Source: an uncultured virus (IMG/VR IMGVR_UViG_3300037067_020960) (lineage: Duplodnaviria; Heunggongvirae; Uroviricota; Caudoviricetes). Taken from it: a DNA stretch of 64,000 nucleotides. Positions within the stretch are counted from its first letter, which is position 1; each line of letters starts with the position of its first letter. Shown here in pieces: positions 10,054-20,535 of the stretch. The notes under the pieces are model-generated. The model was not told where the DNA came from. It searched no databases and saw only the letters and a program-made list of their open reading frames with translations. The position numbers were made by a program, and so were the translations under genes. The stretch is from the IMG/VR virus record IMGVR_UViG_3300037067_020960. One strand, given 5' to 3'.

Positions 10054-11211
10054 ATGAAAATATTATTTTTTGCAGACACTCAAGCTGATGTGTACCATGA
10101 TGGATTTACCGATATGGAAAATAAGGAAAATACTCGGTTTACTGATTGTTTAGATATTTTCGGAAAAGTCCGTGTGGACGCAGAAAAAAAAGATTGTCAG
10201 TTTGTTATATTTGGTGGTGATCTTCACGAACAAAGAAATCCTAGTCAATTTGTTCGTAATAAAGTAAATGAAGAGATTAAAAATCAAGCAGAATTGAATC
10301 CTAATATTAAATGGATTTTAATTCCAGGAAATCATGACCAAGATTCAAAATCGTCTTTATCAGATGATTCTCTGAGAACTCTTACAATATTTAATTCAGC
10401 TATTCCAAATGTTGAAGTGGTTCATGATTATAAAAAGATGAAATTTTCAGAAGAAAAAATTGCTATGTATTGTTTTGCTTATGGGTGGATGAATAAAGAA
10501 ACTTTTGACAAAGTTGTAGAAAATATTCAAAAAAATCATAAAGATGATACAATTATTCTGATATTTCATGAAAATATTGGTGGGTGTAAATTACAAAATG
10601 GAATGGAATTAAAATCTGCAGAAATTACAATACAAGATTTAGAAAAACTAGCAGAATTAGTTAATCATAAATTAATAGTTCTTGCTGGACATATCCACAA
10701 ACAACAATTTTTATCAAAGAATTTTCTTGGAGGGTATGTCGGATGCCCTTTGCAAATTACAAAAGATGATGAAGGTGAAAATAAAGGTTGGTGGATAATC
10801 GATGTGAAGAATTCAAAACTTGAATGCGTTCCATCTGATTCTCCTATGATTAAAACATTTGAATTTATGGGTATTAGTGAATTAATAGATCATAATTTTG
10901 AAATCGATGAGATCACAGGGAATATTGTCAGGATTTATATTCATGGAGATAGAGAAGAATTCAAAACTTTCGATACTGAAAAATTTAAAGTAAAACTTTA
11001 TAAAAAATATAAAATAAGAGCTTTGAAGATTCAAAGATTGCCTTCATTATTTGAAAAGGAAATAATTGAAATCCCATCTATCATCAAATCTCAATCAATA
11101 TATGATGATATGCAAGGGTATGTATATTCACCTGTAATTCCTAATATTCCAGGAGTATTATCTTCTGATCTTATAGCTGTTGGAAATGAAATAGTTGAGG
11201 AAGCGAAATGA
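10054..11211 (+). CDS. sbcD: SbcD/Mre11 (gp47-like) metallophosphoesterase nuclease
   Basis: FADTQ (DxH motif with H>Q), GGDL, PGNHD, FHE, AGHIH; adjacent to SbcC. Confidence 0.9.
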   Translation: MKILFFADTQADVYHDGFTDMENKENTRFTDCLDIFGKVRVDAEKKDCQFVIFGGDLHEQRNPSQFVRNKVNEEIKNQAELNPNIKWILIPGNHDQDSKSSLSDDSLRTLTIFNSAIPNVEVVHDYKKMKFSEEKIAMYCFAYGWMNKETFDKVVENIQKNHKDDTIILIFHENIGGCKLQNGMELKSAEITIQDLEKLAELVNHKLIVLAGHIHKQQFLSKNFLGGYVGCPLQITKDDEGENKGWWIIDVKNSKLECVPSDSPMIKTFEFMGISELIDHNFEIDEITGNIVRIYIHGDREEFKTFDTEKFKVKLYKKYKIRALKIQRLPSLFEKEIIEIPSIIKSQSIYDDMQGYVYSPVIPNIPGVLSSDLIAVGNEIVEEAK

Positions 11212-11396
11212 AAAAACTAATCGATTTAACAATTTTTATTTTTATAATAATTTTTTTAATTTTGTTTACGATGATTATCAATAATGATGAATTAATTCAG
11301 GAAAAAGGTGTTTGGATCAGTTTGACATCAATATTTATAAGTATTTTAAACATGATTGTGATAAAGTGTAACGTTAAAAATGTGGAATTAAGATGA
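11208..11396 (+). CDS. Small two-TM membrane protein
   Basis: Two hydrophobic stretches; ATGA overlaps with both neighbours. Confidence 0.6.
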   Translation: MKKLIDLTIFIFIIIFLILFTMIINNDELIQEKGVWISLTSIFISILNMIVIKCNVKNVELR

Positions 11397-14173
11397 TTGA
11401 ATTTTTATCTATGACATTTTCAAATATTTTTTCTATGGCAGCAGAAGAACAGACTATTCCCTTAAGAAATCTTGGAATTACAAATATTATTGGATATAAT
11501 GAAGATGAAGGTGGTTCATGTGGAGCTGGTAAATCATCTATTGCATGTGACATTTTAACTACAGTTTTATTTGGAAAGAATAATAGAGATCAATCTGGAG
11601 ATGAACTCATTAATGAGGCCAATCTAGATTTAGGGTGTTTTGCACAAGTAGATTTTAAGGTTGATTCAAGATTATTCCGAATCATGCTTTCTGTTAAACA
11701 TAAAGAATATGGTACAGATCATATTTTGTATGAATATATTGATGGAAAATTCACAGATAAACATCTTCGAGGAGAACGTTCTACAGATACAAGGAAAAAA
11801 GTAGAAGAAATCTTAAATCTTTCTTATAATCAATTTGTTGCCATTTCAATGCTTCAGCAACGCAGAGCAACTACATTCATAGAAGGCGGAAATAAAGAAA
11901 AAATGGATGTGATTTCTGCGATGATTGATGTTGATTATGAAAAACAAGAAAAAATTGCCAAGGCAAAAGTTGATGAATTTGAAAAAATAATAGAAGATTT
12001 AAAATCAAAAACAGAAGTTTATGAATCTCAAAAGAAACAAGAAATTAGTCAACTTTTATCAAAAGATATCGAAACGAATATTTGTTTGAATATTAATAAT
12101 CTTAATAAAAAAATAAAAGAATGCAAAAGATCACAAGAAAAATTAAATAAAATAATTGTTGAAACGAATATATCTTTAGAAAAGAATAATTCCGAGAAAA
12201 CGTTGCTTCAAGTAAAATTTGACAATGCAAATGATAATTTGGATAATCTCGATAAAGAAAAACAAAATGAAAAAGAAAATCATACGAAAGATATTGAAAA
12301 TATAAAAGAAGAACTTGATGAGATAAAAAAGAATATTGAAAAACAAAAAGAATATGAATCACAAATATTAGAAAATAAACGCGAATTTGAAAAACAAAAA
12401 ATAAAATATGACGAAGAAATAACAGAAAAAAAGAAAAGCCTAGAATTAATCAAATCTAAATATGATAAAGAATTAAAAAAAGAAGAAAATTGGCATAAAG
12501 AAGTTAGTAAACTAAAAGAAATTATCAATGAAACTCGTTTAAAATTGCGAGATCATGCCGATAAACAAGAAAAACTTGATGAATCAGATAAAATAGAATC
12601 ATTACTTAATAATACAAAAGTAGAATTGGCAGATTTCGAGAAAAAATTTACAGAAGAAGAAAAAAAATATGTGATTCTCGATGAAATAAAAGAAAAAATA
12701 AAACTTTTGGAACAAGATATAACAAAATCGAAAATGGAAAAAGAACAATTAGAACAAGATGTTGAAAATATAAAAAATAATAAAGAAGCAGAATGTTCTC
12801 ATTGTTTTCAGAAGGTTACTGAAAAACATCTTAAGCAAGTGCTCAAAAATAAACAAAAAGAATTGGCTGAAATAATTGAAAAATTGAATAATGATAAAGA
12901 ATGTCTTGTGAGAATGAATGAAGAAATGGAAAAAGTTATTGATCAAGAATTAATGGATACATATAAAACTAAAATCATTGAGAAACAAACATTGATCAAA
13001 TCTTATGAAGACAAGAAAAAAGAATTCGATCATGATTATGATGCAGATCAGATTGAAGATGAATATGATTTCATTTTAAATGAATTTGAAATAAAAACAA
13101 ATAAATATCCAAAACTTCGTACAGCATTAACTTCACAGAATCCTATTACAGATGCAGATATCGGAACAAAAGATTTTAATACAGAAGAATATAAAAAAGA
13201 ATTAGACGAAATTGAATTAGTCGTTAAAAATTTACTAAATGATTTCGAAAAAATAGAAAAGAAATATAACAATGAATTAATCACATTTGAAGCTTCATTA
13301 AAACATTTAAAAGTCGAAGGTAAATATACTCAGGAAGATATTGAAACAAGAGAAAAGAAATATATAGAAAAAATTGAAAAAATTGAAGCCAAAATTAAAA
13401 AATTTGAAGAAGAAAAAAAGGAAATTGAAACAAGAGCAAATGAGATTGCAGAACAAATTGAAAAATCAAAACATACTCTTGCAGATTGCGATCATAATAT
13501 TAAACAATTAATAGAACAAATTAATTCAGAAATAGAACGATTAAAAGAACATGAAAAATCTATTGAAAAAAATGATGAGAGAAAATTAAGAATTGAAGAA
13601 TTTAAAAAACTCATTGAAAATAACAAGAACGTAATTGCTGAAACTGAATTAAATAGAAAAAAATACAATTTTTGGCAAGTTGCATTCAGTGATAAAGGAA
13701 TTAAGAGCTACAAGTTCGGAGCGATCCTGGGGGAGCTAAATAAAGGGTTGGTGAATGCATCAAAAATTCTTACCGATGGAAGAACTTTGGTTTGGTTTGA
13801 CAATAAAAGAGAATTAAAAAATTCCGGAAGCAAACGAGAGATCGTAATGCACGTCCAGGACTCGTATAAGAAAAAAACAAAACCCAAAGGGTATTCGGGC
13901 GGGGAACAACAAATTATTTCCCTAATGGTTATTTTGGCTCTCTGGCAGGTCACAGCGGTTATATTAGGAAAATCAACTAATTTATTGTCATTAGATGAAA
14001 TATTTGCATCACTTGATGAACTAAGAAGAAGAAGAGTGGTGAAGATGATTGAATCAATGAATCATGAGCAATTGACTATACTTTTTATCACTCATATAAT
14101 AGATGAAGTAAATTCTAATCATAAAATTATAGTTACACGGAAAAATGGTAATACTTTAGTACAAATAATATAA
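11393..14173 (+). CDS. sbcC: SbcC/Rad50 (gp46-like) SMC ATPase
   Basis: Walker A GSCGAGKSS, coiled coils, Zn-hook CSHC, signature YSGGE, Walker B LSLDE, H-loop ITH. Confidence 0.93.
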   Translation: MIEFLSMTFSNIFSMAAEEQTIPLRNLGITNIIGYNEDEGGSCGAGKSSIACDILTTVLFGKNNRDQSGDELINEANLDLGCFAQVDFKVDSRLFRIMLSVKHKEYGTDHILYEYIDGKFTDKHLRGERSTDTRKKVEEILNLSYNQFVAISMLQQRRATTFIEGGNKEKMDVISAMIDVDYEKQEKIAKAKVDEFEKIIEDLKSKTEVYESQKKQEISQLLSKDIETNICLNINNLNKKIKECKRSQEKLNKIIVETNISLEKNNSEKTLLQVKFDNANDNLDNLDKEKQNEKENHTKDIENIKEELDEIKKNIEKQKEYESQILENKREFEKQKIKYDEEITEKKKSLELIKSKYDKELKKEENWHKEVSKLKEIINETRLKLRDHADKQEKLDESDKIESLLNNTKVELADFEKKFTEEEKKYVILDEIKEKIKLLEQDITKSKMEKEQLEQDVENIKNNKEAECSHCFQKVTEKHLKQVLKNKQKELAEIIEKLNNDKECLVRMNEEMEKVIDQELMDTYKTKIIEKQTLIKSYEDKKKEFDHDYDADQIEDEYDFILNEFEIKTNKYPKLRTALTSQNPITDADIGTKDFNTEEYKKELDEIELVVKNLLNDFEKIEKKYNNELITFEASLKHLKVEGKYTQEDIETREKKYIEKIEKIEAKIKKFEEEKKEIETRANEIAEQIEKSKHTLADCDHNIKQLIEQINSEIERLKEHEKSIEKNDERKLRIEEFKKLIENNKNVIAETELNRKKYNFWQVAFSDKGIKSYKFGAILGELNKGLVNASKILTDGRTLVWFDNKRELKNSGSKREIVMHVQDSYKKKTKPKGYSGGEQQIISLMVILALWQVTAVILGKSTNLLSLDEIFASLDELRRRRVVKMIESMNHEQLTILFITHIIDEVNSNHKIIVTRKNGNTLVQII

Positions 14174-14179
14174 AATATT

Positions 14180-14899
14180 ATGACCCTATCTCAACTAATT
14201 AGACACGCCTCAGAATTTCATTCTTTAGAATATTTACTGACACTTCCAGTAATGAGTAAGATTGAAATGACAGGAGAAGATGGAACTAGATTTACTATAA
14301 CTGGAAAAAAAGGATTATATAATTATCAAAATAAAAGAAATCTTACTCTTCAAGAATTAATTCAATTGCTTCCAATTCAAAAATACCAATTCCAAATAGA
14401 ATTTGAATCAGAAGAAAGAGATATATTGAATGAAGCTGGAGTTCTTAGATCGATAATTCAAAGAAAACCAGAATTAAAAGAAAAATTAAAAGAGAAATTA
14501 AAAGAATTAGAATCTGAAATAGCTAAAGATCCTAAATCGACATATTATTATGCTCAAGATGTTATTAAAGGAAGATTTCCATTAGGAGAACCTGCGATAG
14601 CTAAAGATGCTCAATGGGCATATTGGTATGCTGAATATGTTATTAAAGGAAGATTCCCATTAGGAGAACCTGTAATAGTTAAAGATGCTACATGGGCATA
14701 TCAGTATGCTAAAGATATTATTAGAGGAAGATTTGAATTAGGAGAGTCGATAGCTAAAGATGCTGAATGGTCTTATATTTATGCTCAATATGTTATTAAA
14801 GGAAGATTCCCATTAGGAGAACCAGCGATAGCTAAAGATGCTACATGGGAAGATGCGTATACTATAGATATTTTAAAGGAAGGAGAATTATTTCTTTAA
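14180..14899 (+). CDS. 24-aa helical repeat protein, paralog A (about 4 repeats)
   Basis: Repeats of YAxxVIKGRFPLGEPAIAKD; N-terminal domain nearly identical to that of 23116..24342. Confidence 0.85.
   Translation: MTLSQLIRHASEFHSLEYLLTLPVMSKIEMTGEDGTRFTITGKKGLYNYQNKRNLTLQELIQLLPIQKYQFQIEFESEERDILNEAGVLRSIIQRKPELKEKLKEKLKELESEIAKDPKSTYYYAQDVIKGRFPLGEPAIAKDAQWAYWYAEYVIKGRFPLGEPVIVKDATWAYQYAKDIIRGRFELGESIAKDAEWSYIYAQYVIKGRFPLGEPAIAKDATWEDAYTIDILKEGELFL
14225..14421 (+). repeat. 197-bp near-identical direct repeat, copy 1 (copy 2 at 23161..23357)
   Basis: Same length, only a handful of substitutions, no indels. Confidence 0.9.
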
Positions 14900-14938
14900 A
14901 ATATTTCCGGTATTATTAGTAATAAAAGGAAAAAATTC

Positions 14939-15952
14939 ATGTCAAAAATTTACGATCTCATATTAGTTGATGCTCTTGGCTTATTTCATAGAATGAATGG
15001 TGATACCCATTTAGAAGTGTCCACTAAAATTAAAAAGTTGGATGATAAAAATCCAGGAGAATTTATAGAAATTGAAGAAAAAACTTCAGGGATTTATGGA
15101 TTTGTAAGAACACTTGCTTATTTAAGAAGTAATTTTGATTTTATAAATGTTATTATTGTTTGGGATGGCGGAAATCAACGAAGAAAAGCTTTATATCCTT
15201 TATATAAAGCAAATCGTATAAAAGAATATGATACTCTAGAAGAAAAATTAGAAGCAGAAAAATTTTTCACAAATATGAAATGGCAGACGGCTCATTTAAA
15301 TGAATTATTAAAATATTTTGGAATTTGTCAATTACGTACATACGGAGAAGAAGCTGATGATGTAATTGCTGCTATGTGTAAAAAAAATAAGGATTTACAA
15401 ATTGGGATTTTTTCGAATGATAAAGATTTACAACAATTAATTTGTGAGCATGTAGATGTTGTTAAAATTGATCGGAAAAAAGATGAAAAAGGAAATTGGA
15501 AGAGAGAAACAAAAATAATTGATATAGAAACCTTCAAAGAACAAAACGAAGGGTTAAAACCTTCGGATCAAAAATATTTATTAATGTTGACTGGTGATGG
15601 TGCTGATAACGTTCCGGGACTTCGAAAATGCGGAGAAGTCACAGCAAAGCAATTAGTAAAAAATTATGGGTCACCTCGTGGTTTTTTAAATACACTTGAT
15701 AATAAGTTAGTTAAAATACCGAGAATCCCAATTGAAAAACAAGTAGAATTTAAAAAGAAATTAGCAGAAATTATTGATATCAACGATAAGCTCATCCAAT
15801 TGTATCCTGATGTGAAAACATCAGTTGTTTCAACAGATAATGATTTCGATAGAAATAAAGCAATGGATTTATGTCAATATCTTCAATTTAATTCTTTTTT
15901 AAAAGAAGGAAGATTATTTGAAAATCTTGAAAATTTAAGATTTAGAGAGTGA
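14939..15952 (+). CDS. 5'-3' exonuclease / flap endonuclease (PolI N-terminal / T5 FEN / T4 RNase H family)
   Basis: LVDA, VWDGG, YKANR, EADDVIA, SNDKDLQQL, LTGDGADNVPG. Confidence 0.93.
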   Translation: MSKIYDLILVDALGLFHRMNGDTHLEVSTKIKKLDDKNPGEFIEIEEKTSGIYGFVRTLAYLRSNFDFINVIIVWDGGNQRRKALYPLYKANRIKEYDTLEEKLEAEKFFTNMKWQTAHLNELLKYFGICQLRTYGEEADDVIAAMCKKNKDLQIGIFSNDKDLQQLICEHVDVVKIDRKKDEKGNWKRETKIIDIETFKEQNEGLKPSDQKYLLMLTGDGADNVPGLRKCGEVTAKQLVKNYGSPRGFLNTLDNKLVKIPRIPIEKQVEFKKKLAEIIDINDKLIQLYPDVKTSVVSTDNDFDRNKAMDLCQYLQFNSFLKEGRLFENLENLRFRE

Positions 15953-16129
15953 CCCCTCTATCGGGCTTGTTTTGATAATTCATCTTTTTATAATTATTTT
16001 TACAAGACAAGTCTATAGATTTTCTTGTTTGATTATTTTAATTATCTAAAATATTTTCTTAAAATACTTCAAATATAAAGTTAAATTACATAAAGAACTA
16101 GTTAGTAAAACTTTATAGTTGAGATCAAT

Positions 16130-16453
16130 ATGGCTGAAAAAAATTGTTGTGTTTGTAATTGTCAAACAATAATTAAATCCAAGAGAGACGAGGATGGAGA
16201 TGTTTGGAGATATTGCTCTGATGAATGTTTTCAATATAAAACTCCACAAGTAAAAAGATTAGAAAAACTTTTTCAAAAAGATATCACAGAAATTCTTATT
16301 TATGCTTTCAGAATGTTCGAATCAAATGAAGCTCGTCTTGATTTTTTAGGTGTTACAGATCCGACTATGAGAACTTGGGTAAAAAGATTTTTTTTAATGA
16401 ATATGAAACAATTTTTTGAATATGTAAAGAGAGAAAAGAATGAATTCGAATGA
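16130..16453 (+). CDS. Zn-finger + HTH-like putative DNA-binding protein
   Basis: CCVC..YCSDEC followed by LDFLGVTDPTMRTWVKR. Confidence 0.55.
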   Translation: MAEKNCCVCNCQTIIKSKRDEDGDVWRYCSDECFQYKTPQVKRLEKLFQKDITEILIYAFRMFESNEARLDFLGVTDPTMRTWVKRFFLMNMKQFFEYVKREKNEFE

Positions 16454-16709
16454 AATACAATATCAGGCTCAATTTCATGAGAAATTTTGGATGCATAATT
16501 TGACTAATGGTAATTTATCTATATCAGATATGGGCATTTTATTGAAACCCGGAGAACGTATTAAAATTTATTTTGGTCAGGCAGTTAGTAGTGCTGACTT
16601 TTTAATTCATCAAAACAAGAATAGAGTTAAACTTTATAGTGAGGTAAAGCAACCTCGGATAAATAAAGAAGTAAAAGATGTTTTTATTATTAAAAGGAAT
16701 CCAAAATAA
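16440..16709 (+). CDS. Hypothetical protein
   Basis: NLTxxxLSI..GI.LKPGE pattern, similar to the N-terminus of 35817..36374. Confidence 0.6.
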   Translation: MNSNEIQYQAQFHEKFWMHNLTNGNLSISDMGILLKPGERIKIYFGQAVSSADFLIHQNKNRVKLYSEVKQPRINKEVKDVFIIKRNPK

Positions 16710-16730
16710 ATTTTAAGGAGGAAAATTCCA

Positions 16731-17531
16731 ATGAATAATCTCGAGAAGTTAGGGCGTATTGATCCTATTGGTCAGATAACTCTCGACGCAGAATCTTTTG
16801 GAAAAGGATTAATGGATTATAAAAAATCCTCTGCTTACAGAAAAGACCTGAAAAGAGCCAGTCGGATGGAAGAATTAAATGGAAAGAAAATCATATTTAT
16901 AAAATATGCATCTTCTATTGGAATTCCAGATACAGAAGAAATGACAAATTATATCATTGCTTCTTATCCAGGATATAAACCAAATTTTGAATTTGCAGAT
17001 CATGATGATAAAAATCATGTTATCGCAATTGAAATTGAAAAAGATGAACCAAAAATTCCTTTGCAGGATATCGAAGCAATTCCTTCCAATTTTAAATCAA
17101 TTGGAGCTGGTCTTTATAAAGATGCTTCTCCTGAAGAAAATGTTTGGTCTCTTGGAAAAGATGAAAATGGAAATTATTTTCTTTCTCGTAAAGCTGAAGA
17201 AAAACCAATTATGGAAACTTCTAAAACCGATGTTTTTAAAGTTGCTAAGACTTTTAACATTAATGACTCTGTTACCACTCAGATGGGCGAAAGAGGAATA
17301 ATTGTTGGTTTTGATAAATCTGGAAATTGTGTTGTTCAAATGGCAAATGAAGAGAAATTAAAAATAATTTCTTCTGCTTTCCTCTATCAGGAAAAAGCTC
17401 AGCAAGAAATTAGAGATACTTCAGAAGGCGATCTTGATAAGCTTTATCAAGAAATGATTCATAAGAACCATACACCTGATCCGGATCAGGCTAAGTTTTA
17501 TAAAGAATTAATTGCAGATCCTAAAATATAA
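16731..17531 (+). CDS. Hypothetical, probable virion/head protein
   Basis: Strong AAGGAGG RBS; co-transcribed with the next gene up to a terminator. Confidence 0.6.
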   Translation: MNNLEKLGRIDPIGQITLDAESFGKGLMDYKKSSAYRKDLKRASRMEELNGKKIIFIKYASSIGIPDTEEMTNYIIASYPGYKPNFEFADHDDKNHVIAIEIEKDEPKIPLQDIEAIPSNFKSIGAGLYKDASPEENVWSLGKDENGNYFLSRKAEEKPIMETSKTDVFKVAKTFNINDSVTTQMGERGIIVGFDKSGNCVVQMANEEKLKIISSAFLYQEKAQQEIRDTSEGDLDKLYQEMIHKNHTPDPDQAKFYKELIADPKI

Positions 17532-17571
17532 TTTTAGGATTAATTGAACTGTCAATAAGGAGAAATACACA

Positions 17572-18447
17572 ATGAGCCAGGAAATATTAAAAAAGGCTAC
17601 ATTAGATCCTAGTTTTTTTCAGAGAAATACGGCTAAGGAAGCTCTTGGTGGATTCATGGGGTTACATGGAAATAAATTTCTGAAAACAGCTAATACTAAA
17701 GAGAAAAAAGGCATTGAAATCAAAAATAAAATACCTGAATTCAAAAAGGCTAATGTAGATAAATCAAGTTTTTGTTTGTTTCAGAATAATGTGTTTGCAA
17801 AAATCGCTGAATCAATTCATGATAAAATAAAAGATGGTGAATCTGCAAGATTAAAAGTGATTGCTTCTGATCGTTGCGAACAAGATCCTACTGGAAATGT
17901 TACTGTTGGTGATTTGAATGCAATAAGTGGTACATTTCAATTTTTTGGAAAAACTGCTTCGATTCTGAGAAAAGTCACAGAACATGCTGACGATCCAGAA
18001 TCATATCAGGCTCCAAAAAAAGAAGAAGAGATCAGAATGGCTTCTGATAAAAGAGAAAATTTAATTAAAACATATTGTGCTACAACAAATTCAGCTTCTC
18101 ATCCTTATAATAAGGGTATTGCAAATATTGGAGCTGTCGAAGATAAATATGCTCAATATGTAAAAAATAAAATCGCTTCTGGAAAATTTAATTTTGCACC
18201 CGAAATTGGAGTTACTACAGAAGATCTTTCTCTTGATTCTCAGGGGAATATTAAAAATATGAGTTCTACTGCTACAATAAGAATTCCAAAAGATTATGCC
18301 GGAAATGCTACAGTGGTAAGAATTCCATTAATTGTAAAAGAAGGAAGTTTTGAAGAACCAGTTATTATGGCAAACAAAGAAGAAATTGTTCCTTTTGATG
18401 TTATGACTTTGGAAAAAATTTATTGGGCATCATCTATAAATTTGTGA
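17572..18447 (+). CDS. Hypothetical, probable virion/head protein
   Basis: AAGGAG RBS, many K-x-A motifs, followed by an intrinsic terminator. Confidence 0.6.
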   Translation: MSQEILKKATLDPSFFQRNTAKEALGGFMGLHGNKFLKTANTKEKKGIEIKNKIPEFKKANVDKSSFCLFQNNVFAKIAESIHDKIKDGESARLKVIASDRCEQDPTGNVTVGDLNAISGTFQFFGKTASILRKVTEHADDPESYQAPKKEEEIRMASDKRENLIKTYCATTNSASHPYNKGIANIGAVEDKYAQYVKNKIASGKFNFAPEIGVTTEDLSLDSQGNIKNMSSTATIRIPKDYAGNATVVRIPLIVKEGSFEEPVIMANKEEIVPFDVMTLEKIYWASSINL

Positions 18448-18457
18448 GACTTAATCT

Positions 18458-18495
18458 ATACTCCAGATAGTTAATTTCTATCTGGAGTATTTTTT
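18458..18495 (+). terminator. Rho-independent terminator
   Basis: atactccagatag-ttaattt-ctatctggagtat followed by a T-run. Confidence 0.85.
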
Positions 18496-18540
18496 GTATA
18501 AAATAAAATTTACACGAAGTATCTCTTTTAAAGGAGAAAA

Positions 18541-19290
18541 ATGTCTCAATTGAAATTATCAAATATTTCTCGAATCGAAAATCTTGCAGAATCAATTCAA
18601 AAAGAAGTAGTTGTCTATGCTTATTATGATCTCAAAACAAATGCTGAAATAGCAGAAATCTTAAATATTAAATATAAAAAAAAATTATATGATGAAAATG
18701 ATGTTCAATTCTTTCTTCAAAGAAAAATTCCTACTGATATTACAACAAGTGTGGTTTTATTCGATGAATTAAAAAGAGGTGCTTTAATTAACGAAGAAAC
18801 AAATCTTGCCCTGAATAAAGTTACTCAATATAGAGCTCAAACTTTCATTCGATTACATGAAGAAGTCGAAAAAGCTACTAAACATATGAATAATTTTATT
18901 GAAAAATATACCGCTGAACCAGATCCAAATGCTTCTCCAAGTGATAAAACGCCACCAAATTTATACGATCCAAATATTTATAATACCTATTTAAATTCTC
19001 TTTCAGTGTTATCTAGGGTATCAGATAGTTTATTCAAAATGGCTGATCCTACAAAGGTTGTAACAACCGGAATGAAAGCTCTTACGAGAGAATATGCTAT
19101 TGAGATTGGGACTATTATCACAGAATTTGTTAGATTGATTGTCAATGATATTCGCAAAGGAGAAGATCCAGAAGCAGCATGTGTGAAGGCTGTAAGGGAA
19201 ATTGGATCTAAAATGAATGAAGCTACTGAAGGATTTCTTGAAAAAGTTGAATCCATTTCGAAAAATAAATCATTGGGATCTACTTTTTAG
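18541..19290 (+). CDS. Hypothetical protein, possible terminase small subunit (Mu gp27/DUF3486-like)
   Basis: N-terminal SRIENL...TNAEIAEILN HTH-like pattern, then helical region. Confidence 0.35.
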   Translation: MSQLKLSNISRIENLAESIQKEVVVYAYYDLKTNAEIAEILNIKYKKKLYDENDVQFFLQRKIPTDITTSVVLFDELKRGALINEETNLALNKVTQYRAQTFIRLHEEVEKATKHMNNFIEKYTAEPDPNASPSDKTPPNLYDPNIYNTYLNSLSVLSRVSDSLFKMADPTKVVTTGMKALTREYAIEIGTIITEFVRLIVNDIRKGEDPEAACVKAVREIGSKMNEATEGFLEKVESISKNKSLGSTF

Positions 19291-19400
19291 ATTATAGAAA
19301 AGTTCAGTATTTCATTTTTTAATTTATTAAAGGTAACGATTAAAATTAATATGAGTTGATGAATATTTGAATTAAAATTTCTTTTAAAGGATAAAAAAGG

Positions 19401-19679
19401 ATGAAAAATTTTGAAATAGCAATGAAATGGCTCCAAAGGGCTGCTTCTTCCAAAAAAGAAGCTGAATATAAAGGGGACATTGATAGAGTTGAAGTAGGAG
19501 ATATTATTCATTTTCAATCAGCTGTTGGTGGATGGTTATATGGAAAAATAATTGGCATTTATCCTTCTGGTAATTTTCAAGTAGAAGCTAATGAAAGTGG
19601 AGATATTATTACAAAAGTCGTTTTTAGAGATCCGAGATTCAACGTATTTTATGAATACGGCACAATGCCGAAGATCTAA
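19401..19679 (+). CDS. Hypothetical protein (SH3-like beta pattern)
   Basis: VEVGDIIHF..GKIIGI pattern. Confidence 0.55.
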   Translation: MKNFEIAMKWLQRAASSKKEAEYKGDIDRVEVGDIIHFQSAVGGWLYGKIIGIYPSGNFQVEANESGDIITKVVFRDPRFNVFYEYGTMPKI

Positions 19680-20065
19680 ATAAATCTTTTGAAAAGAAAA
19701 TGATTTTTAGGTTTTTCATTTAAAGTTTGAAAAATGGCACTTTTCACGATTTCAATTTGTTCTTCAACAGAAGTTTCTGTAATTAAAATATCATCTTGCT
19801 CAATTTCTTTTTTGCTAGCTATAACTCTAACTACTGTTTTACCATTTCGTTTATATCTTTCCAAACGAGCAAGTTCTTCTTCAAGAAAAGAAAGTACATT
19901 AGCTTTGTATTTCTTTTTCGATTCCACAATTATATCTTTAAAATAAATTGCAATTATTCGTATTACACAATAATGTCCCATCATTGATAAGGGAATCGAA
20001 GAATTATGATTGAATTGCGAACAAATCAATAAAGTAATAATCAAAAATATATCAAATAAGTTCAT
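19676..20065 (-). CDS. Hypothetical membrane protein
   Basis: Start re-called to ATG 20065 (GGTGGGA RBS); hydrophobic N-terminus. Confidence 0.55.
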   Translation of the reverse strand: MNLFDIFLIITLLICSQFNHNSSIPLSMMGHYCVIRIIAIYFKDIIVESKKKYKANVLSFLEEELARLERYKRNGKTVVRVIASKKEIEQDDILITETSVEEQIEIVKSAIFQTLNEKPKNHFLFKRFI

Positions 20066-20440
20066 AAGATTCCCACCGTTTTTCCATTTCTTCAAGTTTT
20101 TCTGAAGGAGTGTTATGAATATTTTTGTATTTTCCTTTCATTTCGATAATCTTTACTTTTACTTCATATTTCTTGGCTAATTCAAAATAGGGAACCATTT
20201 CCCAATATTGAGTAAAGGTATTACAAATTACAACTGATTGTAATCCTTGGCGCAAATGAAATTCAGTGGTATTTATGCAATATCTATGAGCATTACCTAA
20301 TTCAGCTGGGCCAAAAATATATTGGCTTTTTTCATAAACCAATCATCTGCTTCAATTTGAATAAAATTTCTAAGATGCTTTTTGGCGTAAGAGGATTTTC
20401 CCGATCCTGATATCCCACGAATAATTACTAAATATATTAT
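20052..20440 (-). pseudogene. Frameshifted P-loop kinase (AAA_33/N4BP2-like)
   Basis: Walker A IIRGISGSGKSS..EADDWFM in one frame; QYIF..AH..C..VVICNTFTQYWEM..YKNIHNTP in another. Shift at the A6 run (20327-20332); no in-frame ATG. Confidence 0.75.
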
Positions 20441-20535
20441 TTTTTCTCTTTTACTTGTTTTAAAATTGATAATTGTATTTTAATTTATCTTTACATATTA
20501 CATAAAAGATCTATTCTTCTTAAAAAGGAGAATTT

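Noticed and set aside
14515..14850. CRISPR array from the 72-bp periodic repeats (also 23455-24000)
   Set aside because: In-frame protein repeats with synonymous variation, not identical repeats with unique spacers; no cas operon.
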